From positions 1 through 64,000 of the IMG/VR virus record IMGVR_UViG_3300029305_004606: DNA of 64,000 nucleotides. One strand, given 5' to 3'. Below are positions 1 to 10,017 of this stretch, in pieces. This DNA is from a virus. Taxonomy: Duplodnaviria > Caudoviricetes. Position numbers and translations under genes: made by a program. Numbering within the stretch: the stretch's first letter is position 1; every line of letters starts with the position of its first letter. The notes beneath the pieces were generated by a model, which made no database searches, was not told the DNA's origin, and was given only the letters and a program-made list of their open reading frames with translations.

Positions 1-29
1 CTGGTACTACTCTTACTATTACATTTTAA
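1..29 (+). CDS. 3' end of an upstream tail-fibre cassette (partial)
   Basis: Reads ...GTTLTITF*, like the end of cassette 18924-19592 (SGTTLNITY*), and is followed by the same type of partner gene. Confidence 0.65.
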
Positions 30-41
30 AGAGGTGATAGT

Positions 42-428
42 ATGAGTATAAAAGTTAATGGAACTGAAATACCGGTTTCTGGTACTATAAAAGCAAATAA
101 TACTAATATTACAAAAGTTGTTGCTAATGGAATTACAGTATGGAGCAAATCTACTCCAAAATCATATTCTTTACATATTAGCGGAGAACCATTCTATACA
201 TCAGATTCGGTAACAATTTCTGGTATAGATACTTCTGTATATACAAAAGCTACGCTTAAAATTTGGGGAGATAATTTTGGTTGGGATACTAATGGATCTC
301 ATGTTATTTGGTTAAATACTTATTACACGGAAGAAGGTACTTTTAATGTTCCTGTAGGTAACGGTACTTTAACACTTGTATTAGGACATGATAATGCTAC
401 TGTAGATTGTACTTTAACATTTTCTTAA
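42..428 (+). CDS. Fibre-tip partner/adhesin-like protein (paralogue of 19613-20128 and 7949-8572)
   Basis: RBS GAGGTG; N-terminus MSIKVNGTEIP...VVANGITVW matches MSIKFNNTEIP...VISNNVTVW; variable beta-rich C-terminus. Confidence 0.6.
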   Translation: MSIKVNGTEIPVSGTIKANNTNITKVVANGITVWSKSTPKSYSLHISGEPFYTSDSVTISGIDTSVYTKATLKIWGDNFGWDTNGSHVIWLNTYYTEEGTFNVPVGNGTLTLVLGHDNATVDCTLTFS

Positions 429-457
429 GTTATGTGTTCGCTTTATAAAATCACAAA

Positions 458-486
458 GTTCTCTAGGATTTATCATCCTAGAGAAC
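458..486. terminator. Hairpin terminator immediately upstream of silent cassette 1
   Basis: gttctctaggat-ttatc-atcctagagaac. Confidence 0.75.
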
Positions 487-506
487 AATTTCTTTATAAA
501 TATTAA

Positions 507-517
507 TAATGATTTAG
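507..517 (+). repeat. Putative recombination site 1 (TAATGATTTAG)
   Basis: Invariant 11-mer at the in-frame start of a start-less cassette. Confidence 0.8.
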
Positions 518-1656
518 CTGGATATGGATCAGGTACTAAAGTAGCAGCTAAAGCAACATCTGCTACTAGTGCTACTTATAGTTCTACTGCTAACTATGCT
601 AAGAATGCTGGTTCTGCATCTAAAGCTACTAGTGCTACATCAGCAACATATGCTACTACTGCTACTAATGCTGGTTCTGCATCTAAAGCTACATCTGCTA
701 CTAGTGCTACTTATAGTAGTACTGCTAATTATGCTAAAGCTGTACCTAGTACTGTAGCTAGTAGAATTAGTACATTAGAAACGTCTTTTCGGGATGGCTG
801 TAATACAATAATGCAGGCAGTTACAGCCAAAGGACAAACTCCTGCATCAAATAGTCCTACTGATATTGCTACTGCTATTTCTGGTATTGGAGAGGGATTT
901 TATAACGCAGAATTAGTATATAGAGCTACTAAATCTTCAAGTGCTTCCAAAGAACTAACTGTATCAGATACTTATACTTTGAAAGAAAGCGGATATTATT
1001 TAGCATTTCTTGGAGGATTTAGTTCAACTCTTAACACAGCATATACGGTACCAAATACATCATCATTATTATATAATTCAAGTGCATCATTTACATCGGA
1101 TGGTAATACAATAGTATATGGTCAAGGTGCAGGTGGTGGTACAATTCATGATTATTCAAAATATGCTATTTTTTCTGGAGTCAAAGATAAAACGATTTCT
1201 TTTAATAAGTATATTAAATCAGATTACTATAACGTCTGTGCTGCAACTGCATTTGGATTATTTAGAGTTGAACAGGGTACATCGTTACTGTATAAAACAT
1301 ATAAAACAGGAACTGCTAAAGAAAAAGTTACTATAAGTGCTAGCTACAATATTAGTACAGCTGGTAAATATCTTGTAATAGCAGCAAGTCATGGTGCTGC
1401 TGTAAATGCAGGATATACAGATGCAATAACAGGTATCAAAACAACTATTAAATTCAATGATAATGTAGTAATTGATCTTCCTGTTAATGAAAAAATGAAT
1501 GTGAATTCCGGAAATAATCAAGGTTCAATATCTTCTGATGTAGAATATGCTTTTGTAGAAGGAACAGGAACTGTTTATGTAGAAAGATATTATTGTACAC
1601 ATAATACTTATACTGCTTTTGCTTCACTTGAATTATTTATATTTAAAATTGGATAA
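508..1656 (+). CDS. Silent tail-fibre C-terminal cassette 1 (no own start codon/RBS)
   Basis: Open frame NDLAGYGSGTKVAAKATSATSA... runs without stops into ORF 811-1656; Ala/Thr/Ser repeats, then TSFRDGCNTIMQAVTAKGQTPASNSP and a beta-rich domain. Confidence 0.8.
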   Translation, partial: NDLAGYGSGTKVAAKATSATSATYSSTANYAKNAGSASKATSATSATYATTATNAGSASKATSATSATYSSTANYAKAVPSTVASRISTLETSFRDGCNTIMQAVTAKGQTPASNSPTDIATAISGIGEGFYNAELVYRATKSSSASKELTVSDTYTLKESGYYLAFLGGFSSTLNTAYTVPNTSSLLYNSSASFTSDGNTIVYGQGAGGGTIHDYSKYAIFSGVKDKTISFNKYIKSDYYNVCAATAFGLFRVEQGTSLLYKTYKTGTAKEKVTISASYNISTAGKYLVIAASHGAAVNAGYTDAITGIKTTIKFNDNVVIDLPVNEKMNVNSGNNQGSISSDVEYAFVEGTGTVYVERYYCTHNTYTAFASLELFIFKIG

Positions 1657-1667
1657 TTACACTTATT

Positions 1668-1696
1668 TCCCAGTAGACTGATAAAGTCTACTGGGA
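1668..1696. terminator. Intrinsic terminator
   Basis: tcccagtagact-gataa-agtctactggga. Confidence 0.75.
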
Positions 1697-1718
1697 TTAT
1701 CTTTGTCTAATTAGAAAA

Positions 1719-1743
1719 TTTCAATTATATATTATAATTATGA
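1719..1743 (+). promoter_or_regulatory. Putative early phage promoter
   Basis: tttcaattatatattataattatga, identical at 20775-20799; variants upstream of about 10 plus-strand units. Confidence 0.7.
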
Positions 1744-1808
1744 AAGTAATGGAAATATAAACTTAGATACCACTTTCAGATTATCAATCAAGGAGGAAAA
1801 AATAAGGA

Positions 1809-2420
1809 ATGAAATTAACAAGTGTTGAAAGAACTATTTATGCTCTTTATGAGCTCGATGGATTAAGCTTCGCTCAAATTTCAAAAACTGTAGATTTATC
1901 TTCATCTGCAGTTAGAGAGAAATATAATAAGACTAAGCGTGTTGTAGAAGCTGAGAAAAATGATCCTATAGCAAAATTAAATATCGATTATTCTACTTAC
2001 ATGAAATTATGTAAAGCTAGAAACCATAGTGAAAGAAATACAGAACTTGGTATAGATCTTTATACTATTGAAGGTTTGATTGAAGCTGTTAATGATAGAT
2101 TTGAGACTTATAATCATACTCTGTATTTTGACATTATATCACCTATTGTTATCAAGAACCTTATTGAAGCATTGGAAGAAGCAGGATATGAGTTAAAAGA
2201 TAATCATCTTGATATTGGATTAAGCTTGACTTCTGATTTAATTTGTCTAAGATCCGAAAGATATATAGAGTTTGATATTATAGATACAAGTGGGATTTTC
2301 AAATGTGAATCAGACGGAACCAATGGTAAATTGTTTTTTGCCAAACAAACTAAGTATCCTAAGGATGAAATTCAGAAACAAATAATCCATCTTATGAAAG
2401 AAGAAGGATATATATTATAA
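1809..2420 (+). CDS. Sigma-70 region 4-like HTH followed by RNAP alpha-CTD-like segment
   Basis: LTSVERTIYALYELDGLSFAQISKTVDLSSSAVRE (sigma4-like); PIAKLNIDYSTYMKL...YTIEGL...IKNLIEALEEAGYEL (alpha-CTD-like). Confidence 0.5.
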   Translation: MKLTSVERTIYALYELDGLSFAQISKTVDLSSSAVREKYNKTKRVVEAEKNDPIAKLNIDYSTYMKLCKARNHSERNTELGIDLYTIEGLIEAVNDRFETYNHTLYFDIISPIVIKNLIEALEEAGYELKDNHLDIGLSLTSDLICLRSERYIEFDIIDTSGIFKCESDGTNGKLFFAKQTKYPKDEIQKQIIHLMKEEGYIL

Positions 2421-2432
2421 GGAGGGACAAAT

Positions 2433-3026
2433 ATGAAACATTTTACAATTCATACATGTGATTTTTGTGGTTATCAAAGTAGTAATTATGATCACATGAG
2501 AAAGCACGAAGCAGAACATCTTGGTCTTACTGTTGAGGAAATGGAATCTTATAATTCTTTAAAATCGTTTGCTGCATATATGGGTTCTGTGATAGCAGAG
2601 AAAAATAACGATGAGACTAAAAAGAAGTTTGATGAAGCTGTTGAAAAGTTGGTTGCTTTTGAAAAAGAGCATGGTATTGAAAATGGTAAACGTATAGAAC
2701 CAAATACAGACAGCGAGAATCCAAAATTTACATGGAGCGATAAAGAAGATCCTGAGTTATATCATAACGGTAAAACTATTTTATGGGTATCTGGTAGAAG
2801 TGCTGCTATTCAGAAATTTGTTGAAGCATTGAGTTATAAAATCTGTAGTAAATGTGACTTTTCATATACTGCAGGAAGAGCACATATTGATGTATTTAAA
2901 GATGCTGTTTCCAAAGCTCTGGTAGCTATTAATGACGAGGAATTTATGAAACAGTTTATAGTTCCTTACTCAAGAGAAGCATATGACAATGAAACATATT
3001 TTGAACCATTAAATATGGGACCATAG
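2433..3026 (+). CDS. Hypothetical protein with N-terminal C2H2 zinc finger
   Basis: CDFCGYQSSNYDHMRKHEAEH; RBS GGAGG. Confidence 0.55.
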   Translation: MKHFTIHTCDFCGYQSSNYDHMRKHEAEHLGLTVEEMESYNSLKSFAAYMGSVIAEKNNDETKKKFDEAVEKLVAFEKEHGIENGKRIEPNTDSENPKFTWSDKEDPELYHNGKTILWVSGRSAAIQKFVEALSYKICSKCDFSYTAGRAHIDVFKDAVSKALVAINDEEFMKQFIVPYSREAYDNETYFEPLNMGP

Positions 3027-3038
3027 GAGGACAAAATT

Positions 3039-3404
3039 ATGGTAGGATATAGAATTTATTTTGATGGTGAAAAGTTCGCCATGGATGATCATAAATCTCA
3101 GGTAGGAAATACACTGGTAGATGGAGTAGTACATTGGAATGCTGGATATGATACGGCAATTCAAGCAGTAGAAAACCATAATAATCATCTCAAAAAGAAT
3201 ATTAAAGATCTAAAAGATGACAAAGATTTTGTAGTTAAAAATTGTAAGGATTGTGGCAATTTCTATATAATCACAAAAATATATGCTGATTGGTTCCTGG
3301 AAAGAAAGTTAAAGGTGCCTTGTAGATGTGATTTATGTCGAATGAGACGCAAGTACAATAATAGAAAATCTGAAGATGTACAGACAGGAAAGAGTGGTGT
3401 ATAA
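3039..3404 (+). CDS. Zinc-ribbon protein
   Basis: CKDCG...PCRCDLCRMRRK (zf-trcl-like). Confidence 0.6.
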   Translation: MVGYRIYFDGEKFAMDDHKSQVGNTLVDGVVHWNAGYDTAIQAVENHNNHLKKNIKDLKDDKDFVVKNCKDCGNFYIITKIYADWFLERKLKVPCRCDLCRMRRKYNNRKSEDVQTGKSGV

Positions 3405-3406
3405 AC

Positions 3407-4174
3407 ATGATGCTCAAAATAACAGAAAGATGTACAATGGGATGTACTCATTGTCTCAATAATGCTCAACCTGATGGAAAAGATATGACGGAGGCTGTCT
3501 TTATTGACAGCCTCAACTTTTTGAAGAATAACAATGTTGGTAAATTTTTGGTTTTAAGTGGAGGAGAACCTACAGAACATAGAAATTTTGATAAAATGAT
3601 GAATGTTCTTATTCAGTGGTGTCAACAAAATAGAGGATATATAATGTCTCTTACTATAACAACAAATGGAGAAAATATACAGAATAATCCAGAACAGTAT
3701 AGGACTTATATTGAAAAGCTGAAAGAAACAGGTACAGTTTTAACATATCAAGTATCTGCTGATGTAAGATATTATCCTCGTAGAATTCAAACACATAAAC
3801 GGATTTTTAGAGAACCAGGATTTGTTTTATGCGATGATTGTGTTGAAGCTATTTATCCAAAAGGTAGAGCATTAGAAAATAATATTCCTTGGAACAGAAT
3901 TAGTTCTCAGTGTTTTAATGTGAGAGCTTTGTCAAAGCAGGGTAATGATAGTTTGTCAGAAATTGAATATATTTTAGGATCTAGAGGAAAGATATGTACT
4001 CCTCATATTGGAATTGATGGCAGTATTAAACTTGGTGAATCGGACCTTTGTCCTCCATGTACTTCCATTTATGATGATTCTAATATAATTATGGAAAAGA
4101 TTCGAAACTTTAAATGTTCTGGTTGCAATCATATTAATGATAATTTGCCTGAAGAATACAAGAAATTTTTATAA
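3407..4174 (+). CDS. Radical SAM protein
   Basis: CTMGCTHC (CxxxCxxC), GGEP, TTNG and a Cys-rich C-terminus. Confidence 0.9.
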   Translation: MMLKITERCTMGCTHCLNNAQPDGKDMTEAVFIDSLNFLKNNNVGKFLVLSGGEPTEHRNFDKMMNVLIQWCQQNRGYIMSLTITTNGENIQNNPEQYRTYIEKLKETGTVLTYQVSADVRYYPRRIQTHKRIFREPGFVLCDDCVEAIYPKGRALENNIPWNRISSQCFNVRALSKQGNDSLSEIEYILGSRGKICTPHIGIDGSIKLGESDLCPPCTSIYDDSNIIMEKIRNFKCSGCNHINDNLPEEYKKFL

Positions 4175-4181
4175 TAAAGAT

Positions 4182-4208
4182 CCCCTAGTAGTGTTAAACT
4201 ACTAGGGG
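4182..4208. terminator. Bidirectional terminator between convergent genes
   Basis: cccctagtagt-gttaa-actactagggg followed by a T-run. Confidence 0.75.
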
Positions 4209-4220
4209 TTTATTTTTTGT

Positions 4221-6029
4221 TTAACCATACTGAATAGCACTTGATTTTGTAATTACTGTTGTTGATAATACTTTTGTTAAAGCATATAATGCTTGCATAC
4301 TATCTGCACCAGGTTCTCTAAGAGGAGCTCCACCGAATGTAATAAAGTTCTGTTTACTATTCATAAATGCATCTAACTCAGCGTTTGCTTCTCTTGTATA
4401 TACACCTTTACATGTACACTGATCACCGTCATAGTCACCACCTATACCTGCAAGATAAGTATTACTAAATCTTAAAGTATCCACAAAAGTATTAGAAGTA
4501 TTTTTTCCAATATCTTCTTCTCTAATTTTAGGATACCATTTATAAGTTACTCCATTATACTCAATAACTTCCATCTCTTTAGTAGAAGAAACTTCTACCT
4601 TAGTAGCAAATTGGTTACTAAAATAATCTATTGGAAATCTGGTAATCAATATATGCTTATCTTTTACAGCTTCTACACAAGCCATATAGAAAACATCACA
4701 CCAAGTAAGTCTTCTCTGAGCAAGAGGATGACCATCATTTGGTCTATTGGCAGGATCTACTCCTCTTCCTTTAAACTGCATATAATATACTTCATCAGTT
4801 CCTTCTACAGGAATCTCTATAGGAACAAATCTGTTATTGTATCCATGTAAGAATCTATCCATTTCTTTTTTGATTCTTTCATCAGAGAAAACTATCTCAG
4901 GATTCTCAGGAACTATTACCTTAGTAGCACCAGATTTGGTAACTACAGGATAGGTATGAGATCCAATAAACTCATTTTCAAAGAATTGTCTAGTATGGTA
5001 CATAACAAAATCTCTGAACTGAGTAATAGCAGCATATAAAGGTACTGCTGATTTATCATAAGTAACCATTAATTCTTCAGGTCTATCTGCAGACTTAAGA
5101 TCAACCGGTGAAATAACTAATCTTGATGAGAAGTTAGCAGTCTTAGAAAGATTAGTTCTTCTCATGATACCAAGTTTACCAGACATACCCTGTCCAGAAT
5201 CTTTCTTATCAAGATTATTGTTACTATTACCACAGAACCAGTCATATATTGTCAAGATATATTCCTGAACTCTACCATTCATAGCATCAGAAGCATCAAT
5301 TCCATATTCCTGAGTAGCAGTTAAAGCATTTGCAGATACGATAAGATTATTATAAATCTTATTAATACCACCAAGTCCAACTACTTTACGAGAACTAGAA
5401 GCTGAGTTCTTATCTCTATAGAATGGAGGAATTACAATATATTTCTTGATAAACATATTATGTCTATTCTGTTCAAGATACTTAAGAGATAAAGCTTTGG
5501 ATTTAGAATTAGTCTTTCTGAATTGAACTTTATCAATATTCTTATGAAGCCAAGCTAATCCAGTATCTCCATTTTCTTCATCTTCTACAAAGTTTCCCTC
5601 GTCATCAATGATATAAAATTTGGTACCATGTACAATATTTCTTACCTTAGGATCTAATCTAATCCAAGTCTTATAACAAGATGGATCCAAGAACCATCCA
5701 TGTAAATCAATATATCCAAAGGTACCCATTCTTTCTTCCATAGTAAATCCGAAAATCTCATTTGACAATAATCCATCTTTACTAGGAATATTAGAACCAC
5801 TAAAAGCTCTAGGATTAGATACACATTTGATATTATTCTTCTTGACATATAATTCAATATCAAGAATATCAAGTTTAAGTCTTTCTACGACTTTATCATA
5901 CTGACCTTCTTCCATGTCTAATCCTTCAATAAACATATCAGCTTCATTCAAGAATTCGCTCATATCCATATATAAATCAGAATACATTGCTAATTCTGAA
6001 AGTATAGCTTTTGTTGATAATTTAGCCAT
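4221..6029 (-). CDS. Phage RNA polymerase beta' N-terminal subunit with catalytic site (probably virion RNAP)
   Basis: DGLLSNEIFG...FGYIDL, GKLGIMR, SSRLVISP, TRFP, GGDYDGD (DxDGD Mg-binding motif); split-subunit size; under a late-type promoter. Confidence 0.9.
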   Translation of the reverse strand: MAKLSTKAILSELAMYSDLYMDMSEFLNEADMFIEGLDMEEGQYDKVVERLKLDILDIELYVKKNNIKCVSNPRAFSGSNIPSKDGLLSNEIFGFTMEERMGTFGYIDLHGWFLDPSCYKTWIRLDPKVRNIVHGTKFYIIDDEGNFVEDEENGDTGLAWLHKNIDKVQFRKTNSKSKALSLKYLEQNRHNMFIKKYIVIPPFYRDKNSASSSRKVVGLGGINKIYNNLIVSANALTATQEYGIDASDAMNGRVQEYILTIYDWFCGNSNNNLDKKDSGQGMSGKLGIMRRTNLSKTANFSSRLVISPVDLKSADRPEELMVTYDKSAVPLYAAITQFRDFVMYHTRQFFENEFIGSHTYPVVTKSGATKVIVPENPEIVFSDERIKKEMDRFLHGYNNRFVPIEIPVEGTDEVYYMQFKGRGVDPANRPNDGHPLAQRRLTWCDVFYMACVEAVKDKHILITRFPIDYFSNQFATKVEVSSTKEMEVIEYNGVTYKWYPKIREEDIGKNTSNTFVDTLRFSNTYLAGIGGDYDGDQCTCKGVYTREANAELDAFMNSKQNFITFGGAPLREPGADSMQALYALTKVLSTTVITKSSAIQYG

Positions 6030-6047
6030 GATTATTCTCCTTTTTGA

Positions 6048-6671
6048 TTAATAAGTTACATAAAGACAACCTTCGTCACCATCACCTGTTGTAACAGAAA
6101 CATCAAGAACTTTTTCCAATTCTTCACCAATACTATAAATAATACCGTGTAATTTAATTCTGATTTCCTGATTATCATTACAAATCTCAAAAATAACTTC
6201 TTTATGTCCATTTTTATATTCGTTTTCTTCAAAGATATGACAAACTAATTTATGAGCTTTTAATCTTTTAAGTTCTGCAACAACTTTAGGATCATTATTA
6301 TATCTACGAACAATAATCATTAGCTGTTTTTTAATTTCAACAACATTTGTCTGTTTTCTATTTGCCCATCTTTCTTCTGCTCTTTTTGTATTATATTCTG
6401 TAAGAATTTTAGCTACTTCACTTCTCATCTTTGATGCTTTTCTATCAACATATGGTAACATTTCTATGATCTTTTTATTTTTATCATAGAAGTCTACACA
6501 TTCTTTACATTTTTGCTCATCTTTTGTTTTTATAGCTTCTTTGTAAAGTTTCTTAAAAGCTGTCCAAGCTTTATATGGCTCGATAAGTTCTTTCTTAATT
6601 GATCCGTCAAACAAACCAGATTCGTAAATAGATTCTCTTTTTTGTTCTATAAGTTCATCTATATAATTCAT
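6048..6671 (-). CDS. Hypothetical protein (likely late/virion)
   Basis: ATG at 6671 preceded by GGAGG; C-terminal GDGDEG. Confidence 0.6.
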   Translation of the reverse strand: MNYIDELIEQKRESIYESGLFDGSIKKELIEPYKAWTAFKKLYKEAIKTKDEQKCKECVDFYDKNKKIIEMLPYVDRKASKMRSEVAKILTEYNTKRAEERWANRKQTNVVEIKKQLMIIVRRYNNDPKVVAELKRLKAHKLVCHIFEENEYKNGHKEVIFEICNDNQEIRIKLHGIIYSIGEELEKVLDVSVTTGDGDEGCLYVTY

Positions 6672-6799
6672 TATCAAAACCTCCTTTATATTCAATTATA
6701 AGAATGTAGAAAGATTAGCCTTTTAAAAGAAAATAAAGATAATTCAATTTCTATCATCATTTTTACTTTATATTAATATAGTAAAAAGGAGACTTTTAT

Positions 6800-7372
6800 A
6801 TGAAAAATATATTCAGAAAAAAGAAAAATGGAAAGATTTATAATACTGATTTTGGTCTTGATAAAATTCTTATATATGATTCAGATAAGGCATCTGAATT
6901 TAACAGAGATAAACATTATTTTGAATCTTGGGGTTATAAAGTTAAGAAGATTATTTTATGTGATAATGGATCCATTAAATTATTAGCAGTTCTTAAAAAG
7001 AAAGTGTTGTATAGATGTCTATTAGATAGTCAGAAAGTTGACCCTCAAGATAGAGTTAGACCTTATGGTGGAACACATCCTGATTATTGTGTATATTATA
7101 AAGATGGAGTATGTACATGTGTCAATCCAAAACATTGTTTATATCAGGAAACTAGTCATCATGTTTCAATTATTAAAGATATGGTACAAAGATATGAAGA
7201 CCATACAAAAAATGATATTGATTTTTATAATAAAGATCGTACATATTATGAAGATACAAAATTGGGAAGAATCTTTTCTGAACAATATGATCATCTTAAT
7301 GCTAAAGATAATGAGGATAAGAAGCAATTTGTATATCGTAGAGGTGTATATAGAAATGATAGAAGATGCTAG
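6800..7372 (+). CDS. Hypothetical protein
   Basis: RBS AGGAG; small Cys cluster. Confidence 0.6.
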   Translation: MKNIFRKKKNGKIYNTDFGLDKILIYDSDKASEFNRDKHYFESWGYKVKKIILCDNGSIKLLAVLKKKVLYRCLLDSQKVDPQDRVRPYGGTHPDYCVYYKDGVCTCVNPKHCLYQETSHHVSIIKDMVQRYEDHTKNDIDFYNKDRTYYEDTKLGRIFSEQYDHLNAKDNEDKKQFVYRRGVYRNDRRC

Positions 7373-7412
7373 TAGAGTGATAAACTCTACTAGCTCTTTT
7401 GTTGGTCGTATT

Positions 7413-7862
7413 TTAATATGTTTCTATTGTATTAGGAGAATCAAATTCCATCTGAGCTTCATCCAATCCAGATGTTGCATTATCTAATGCATTCTGCATA
7501 AACTCGTCCATATCTCCACTAGCATCAATTTGTTCAATCTCATCCTGAGTCATATTATATTTATGAGTAAGCATCATCATCTTCTCATTATAATCTAATC
7601 TGACTTTGGCAGATTCTTCATACATACCCATTCTAAGTTTATACTGATTTTCACTTCCAGCTTTCTTAGAATACCATACAAGATTAGAACCAAATATACC
7701 ACCAGTTACAGTAACAACAGTAGCAAGTAAAGTTACATCATACATATTCTGAATATTACCAGAAATATATAACCAAAATACTAATGCAATTACAGATATG
7801 AAAATGAGTGCACTACATAACAACATTCCTTTAGACCAGGTTACTTTTTTCTCATGTTTCAT
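7413..7862 (-). CDS. Two-TM membrane protein (holin candidate)
   Basis: ATG at 7862 after GAAAGG; two hydrophobic helices then an acidic tail. Confidence 0.5.
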   Translation of the reverse strand: MKHEKKVTWSKGMLLCSALIFISVIALVFWLYISGNIQNMYDVTLLATVVTVTGGIFGSNLVWYSKKAGSENQYKLRMGMYEESAKVRLDYNEKMMMLTHKYNMTQDEIEQIDASGDMDEFMQNALDNATSGLDEAQMEFDSPNTIETY

Positions 7863-7948
7863 AAATAATACCATCCTTTCCAATATCTTGGGATATTTAT
7901 TATATTATTTATTAGTTCAAATTTCATATCTGTAGAGTGATTAAACAT

Positions 7949-8572
7949 TTAAGTTGTCATATAAATTTCTGATATCATCACTTCTACTGTTCTATTTATA
8001 GTAGTAAACACTATATGAGGAACATAATCACCAGAAAGATCCTCTATATCAAATTCTAAAATAAAAGATCCAGGTACATGACTAGTAGCACATCTATCAA
8101 GTTGATCTACTACATTAGGATTCATTTCGCCATCATACTCAATTTTACTATTTTTAATACCAAACATTAACCAGTTATCATAATATCCATCATCAAAAGT
8201 AGCATATACTACACTCATAACCATTCTCTTATAATTAGATACATTTATTGGAGGTAAAGTTATAAAATAACCAGCAGCATCAAAAGAATATTCAGGAGAC
8301 TCTGCATTCATATGTAAGACTTTCCCATACGATGAATGATTTAAATATTGATAATTCTGATTACCAGATGAACTACCTACTGCAAAATTTATCTCCTTGA
8401 TTTCAGGTTGACCATAAAAATTGTTATTATTAAACATATATTGTTTATTAACTGTATTTCCACTCCAAACAGTGTTACCGTTAAAATTTACTTTTGATAA
8501 ACTTCCTATATGAGAACCTTTCCAAATAAGATTAACATTTGTAGGAGAATTATTCTTTATTAATAACGCCAT
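7949..8572 (-). CDS. Fibre-tip partner/adhesin-like protein of cassette 2
   Basis: RBS GGAGGAGG directly after the cassette 2 stop; N-terminal ...KVNFNGNTVWSG resembles 42-428 and 19613-20128. Confidence 0.6.
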   Translation of the reverse strand: MALLIKNNSPTNVNLIWKGSHIGSLSKVNFNGNTVWSGNTVNKQYMFNNNNFYGQPEIKEINFAVGSSSGNQNYQYLNHSSYGKVLHMNAESPEYSFDAAGYFITLPPINVSNYKRMVMSVVYATFDDGYYDNWLMFGIKNSKIEYDGEMNPNVVDQLDRCATSHVPGSFILEFDIEDLSGDYVPHIVFTTINRTVEVMISEIYMTT

Positions 8573-8588
8573 AAATAATCCTCCTCCC

Positions 8589-9335
8589 TTAAATATTAAT
8601 ATTTAAAGTATTTGTAGAAGTATCGTAATTGAAACAAGCATCGTCAATCATTCTTCTCCAACCGCTCCATGTAGAATCGTGTTTATATCTAACATGCATA
8701 GTTCTTTGGAATGAATAACATCCCCAAGCAATTTGTACAGCTCTATTTCCTGCAGGAGCTCCTACTGTAAGAACTTCATACCAAGCTGCATCGGGAAACT
8801 GAGGACTGGGTTCGTTGTCAATAGGTGAATTTCTAACTACATAACAGAGTTTATTCCAACATTTATGTCCTACTGTCATAGAATTAGAAAATATATCTGT
8901 AGATGTAGTATTTTCTCTCAAACTATTTACATTACTTGCACTAGATGCATATGTAGCACTAGTAGCAGAAGTAGCTTTGCTAGCAGTACCTGCACTGGTT
9001 GCTGTAGTAGCATATCTTGCACTAGTAGCAGATGTAGCTTTAGTAGATATACCTTTAAATGTATATAATTGAGAGTCATCTGAATGTATAGTTCTAGAAT
9101 AAGGATCAATATGTAATACAGTATTACCTGTTTTTGAATTATCTTTTGGTGCAATGCCAAAAATTCTAAATACCCCATTATAGTTATCAAGAGATATACC
9201 ATTCATAGATGAATTGTCATCTGGAGCTTCTAAATCCAATTGTCCACCTTCAGATCCTCCTGTCTGAGGTTTTATATTTATAAGTCCTCCAAATATACGT
9301 CCACCATTAATACCAAATTTCTTAGCTAAATCATT
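8589..9335 (-). CDS. Silent tail-fibre cassette 2
   Basis: NDLAKKFGINGG... in frame with ORF 8589-9239; KATSATSA repeats; knob-like VRYKHDSTWSGW; ends TNTLNINI. Confidence 0.8.
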   Translation of the reverse strand, partial: NDLAKKFGINGGRIFGGLINIKPQTGGSEGGQLDLEAPDDNSSMNGISLDNYNGVFRIFGIAPKDNSKTGNTVLHIDPYSRTIHSDDSQLYTFKGISTKATSATSARYATTATSAGTASKATSATSATYASSASNVNSLRENTTSTDIFSNSMTVGHKCWNKLCYVVRNSPIDNEPSPQFPDAAWYEVLTVGAPAGNRAVQIAWGCYSFQRTMHVRYKHDSTWSGWRRMIDDACFNYDTSTNTLNINI

Positions 9336-9336
9336 A
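9326..9336 (-). repeat. Putative recombination site 2
   Basis: CTAAATCATTA on the + strand. Confidence 0.8.
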
Positions 9337-9341
9337 ATAAT

Positions 9342-9381
9342 AATTATTCTTCTAGGTTAATATTAACCTAGAAGAATAATT
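9342..9381. terminator. Long perfect hairpin between cassettes 3 and 2
   Basis: aattattcttctaggttaa-ta-ttaacctagaagaataatt. Confidence 0.7.
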
Positions 9382-9392
9382 TAAGTGTAAAA

Positions 9393-9995
9393 TTAATGAG
9401 CAGCTGCAGGTTCAGTAGTCCATCTATAATATATAGTCCAAGTTGTAGTAGAAGATACATCATTACCATTTAAATATGCATTATGAAGTGAAAAACTATC
9501 TCCAGCATTATTTATTTTAAAATCAGCAAAACCTCCATTAGAAGAATTTTGGAAATATCCAGCTCTTATTTTTGTAAGTTCAGGTACAAGAAATTGTTTT
9601 CTTTCATTATGATATACATATGGAATATGTACAGAAACAGCAACATTATCATTATTATCTAACTTAGCAGTTATAATAACCTCATAAATATTAACACCAA
9701 CACTCATACCTAAAGTTGAACATGTAACTTTGCCGGTAAGTGCCGAAATTTTATTCCATCTATGCAAATATCTTGTCATATCATTATTTACATCTATATA
9801 TCCTAAATTATTATTATCAACATATAATTTGACTTTAGTACATAGATTATTCATACTATCATATTCAAATGAAACGGCGTTATCGGTTCTACTTGTAGTT
9901 ACAAATCCTGTGCCGCTATTGCCACCTTTGCATACAGATGATACTAACATTTTTTCTGTATCATTTACATAATTTTCAATAGAATCTAAATCATT
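9393..9995 (-). CDS. Silent tail-fibre cassette 3
   Basis: NDLDSIENYVNDTEK in frame with ORF 9393-9950; no RBS. Confidence 0.75.
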   Translation of the reverse strand, partial: NDLDSIENYVNDTEKMLVSSVCKGGNSGTGFVTTSRTDNAVSFEYDSMNNLCTKVKLYVDNNNLGYIDVNNDMTRYLHRWNKISALTGKVTCSTLGMSVGVNIYEVIITAKLDNNDNVAVSVHIPYVYHNERKQFLVPELTKIRAGYFQNSSNGGFADFKINNAGDSFSLHNAYLNGNDVSSTTTWTIYYRWTTEPAAAH

Positions 9996-10017
9996 ATTAA
10001 TATTAATAATGATTTAG
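9986..10017. repeat. Back-to-back sites 3 and 4; perfect 32-bp palindrome
   Basis: ctaaatcattattaat|attaataatgatttag. Confidence 0.85.
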
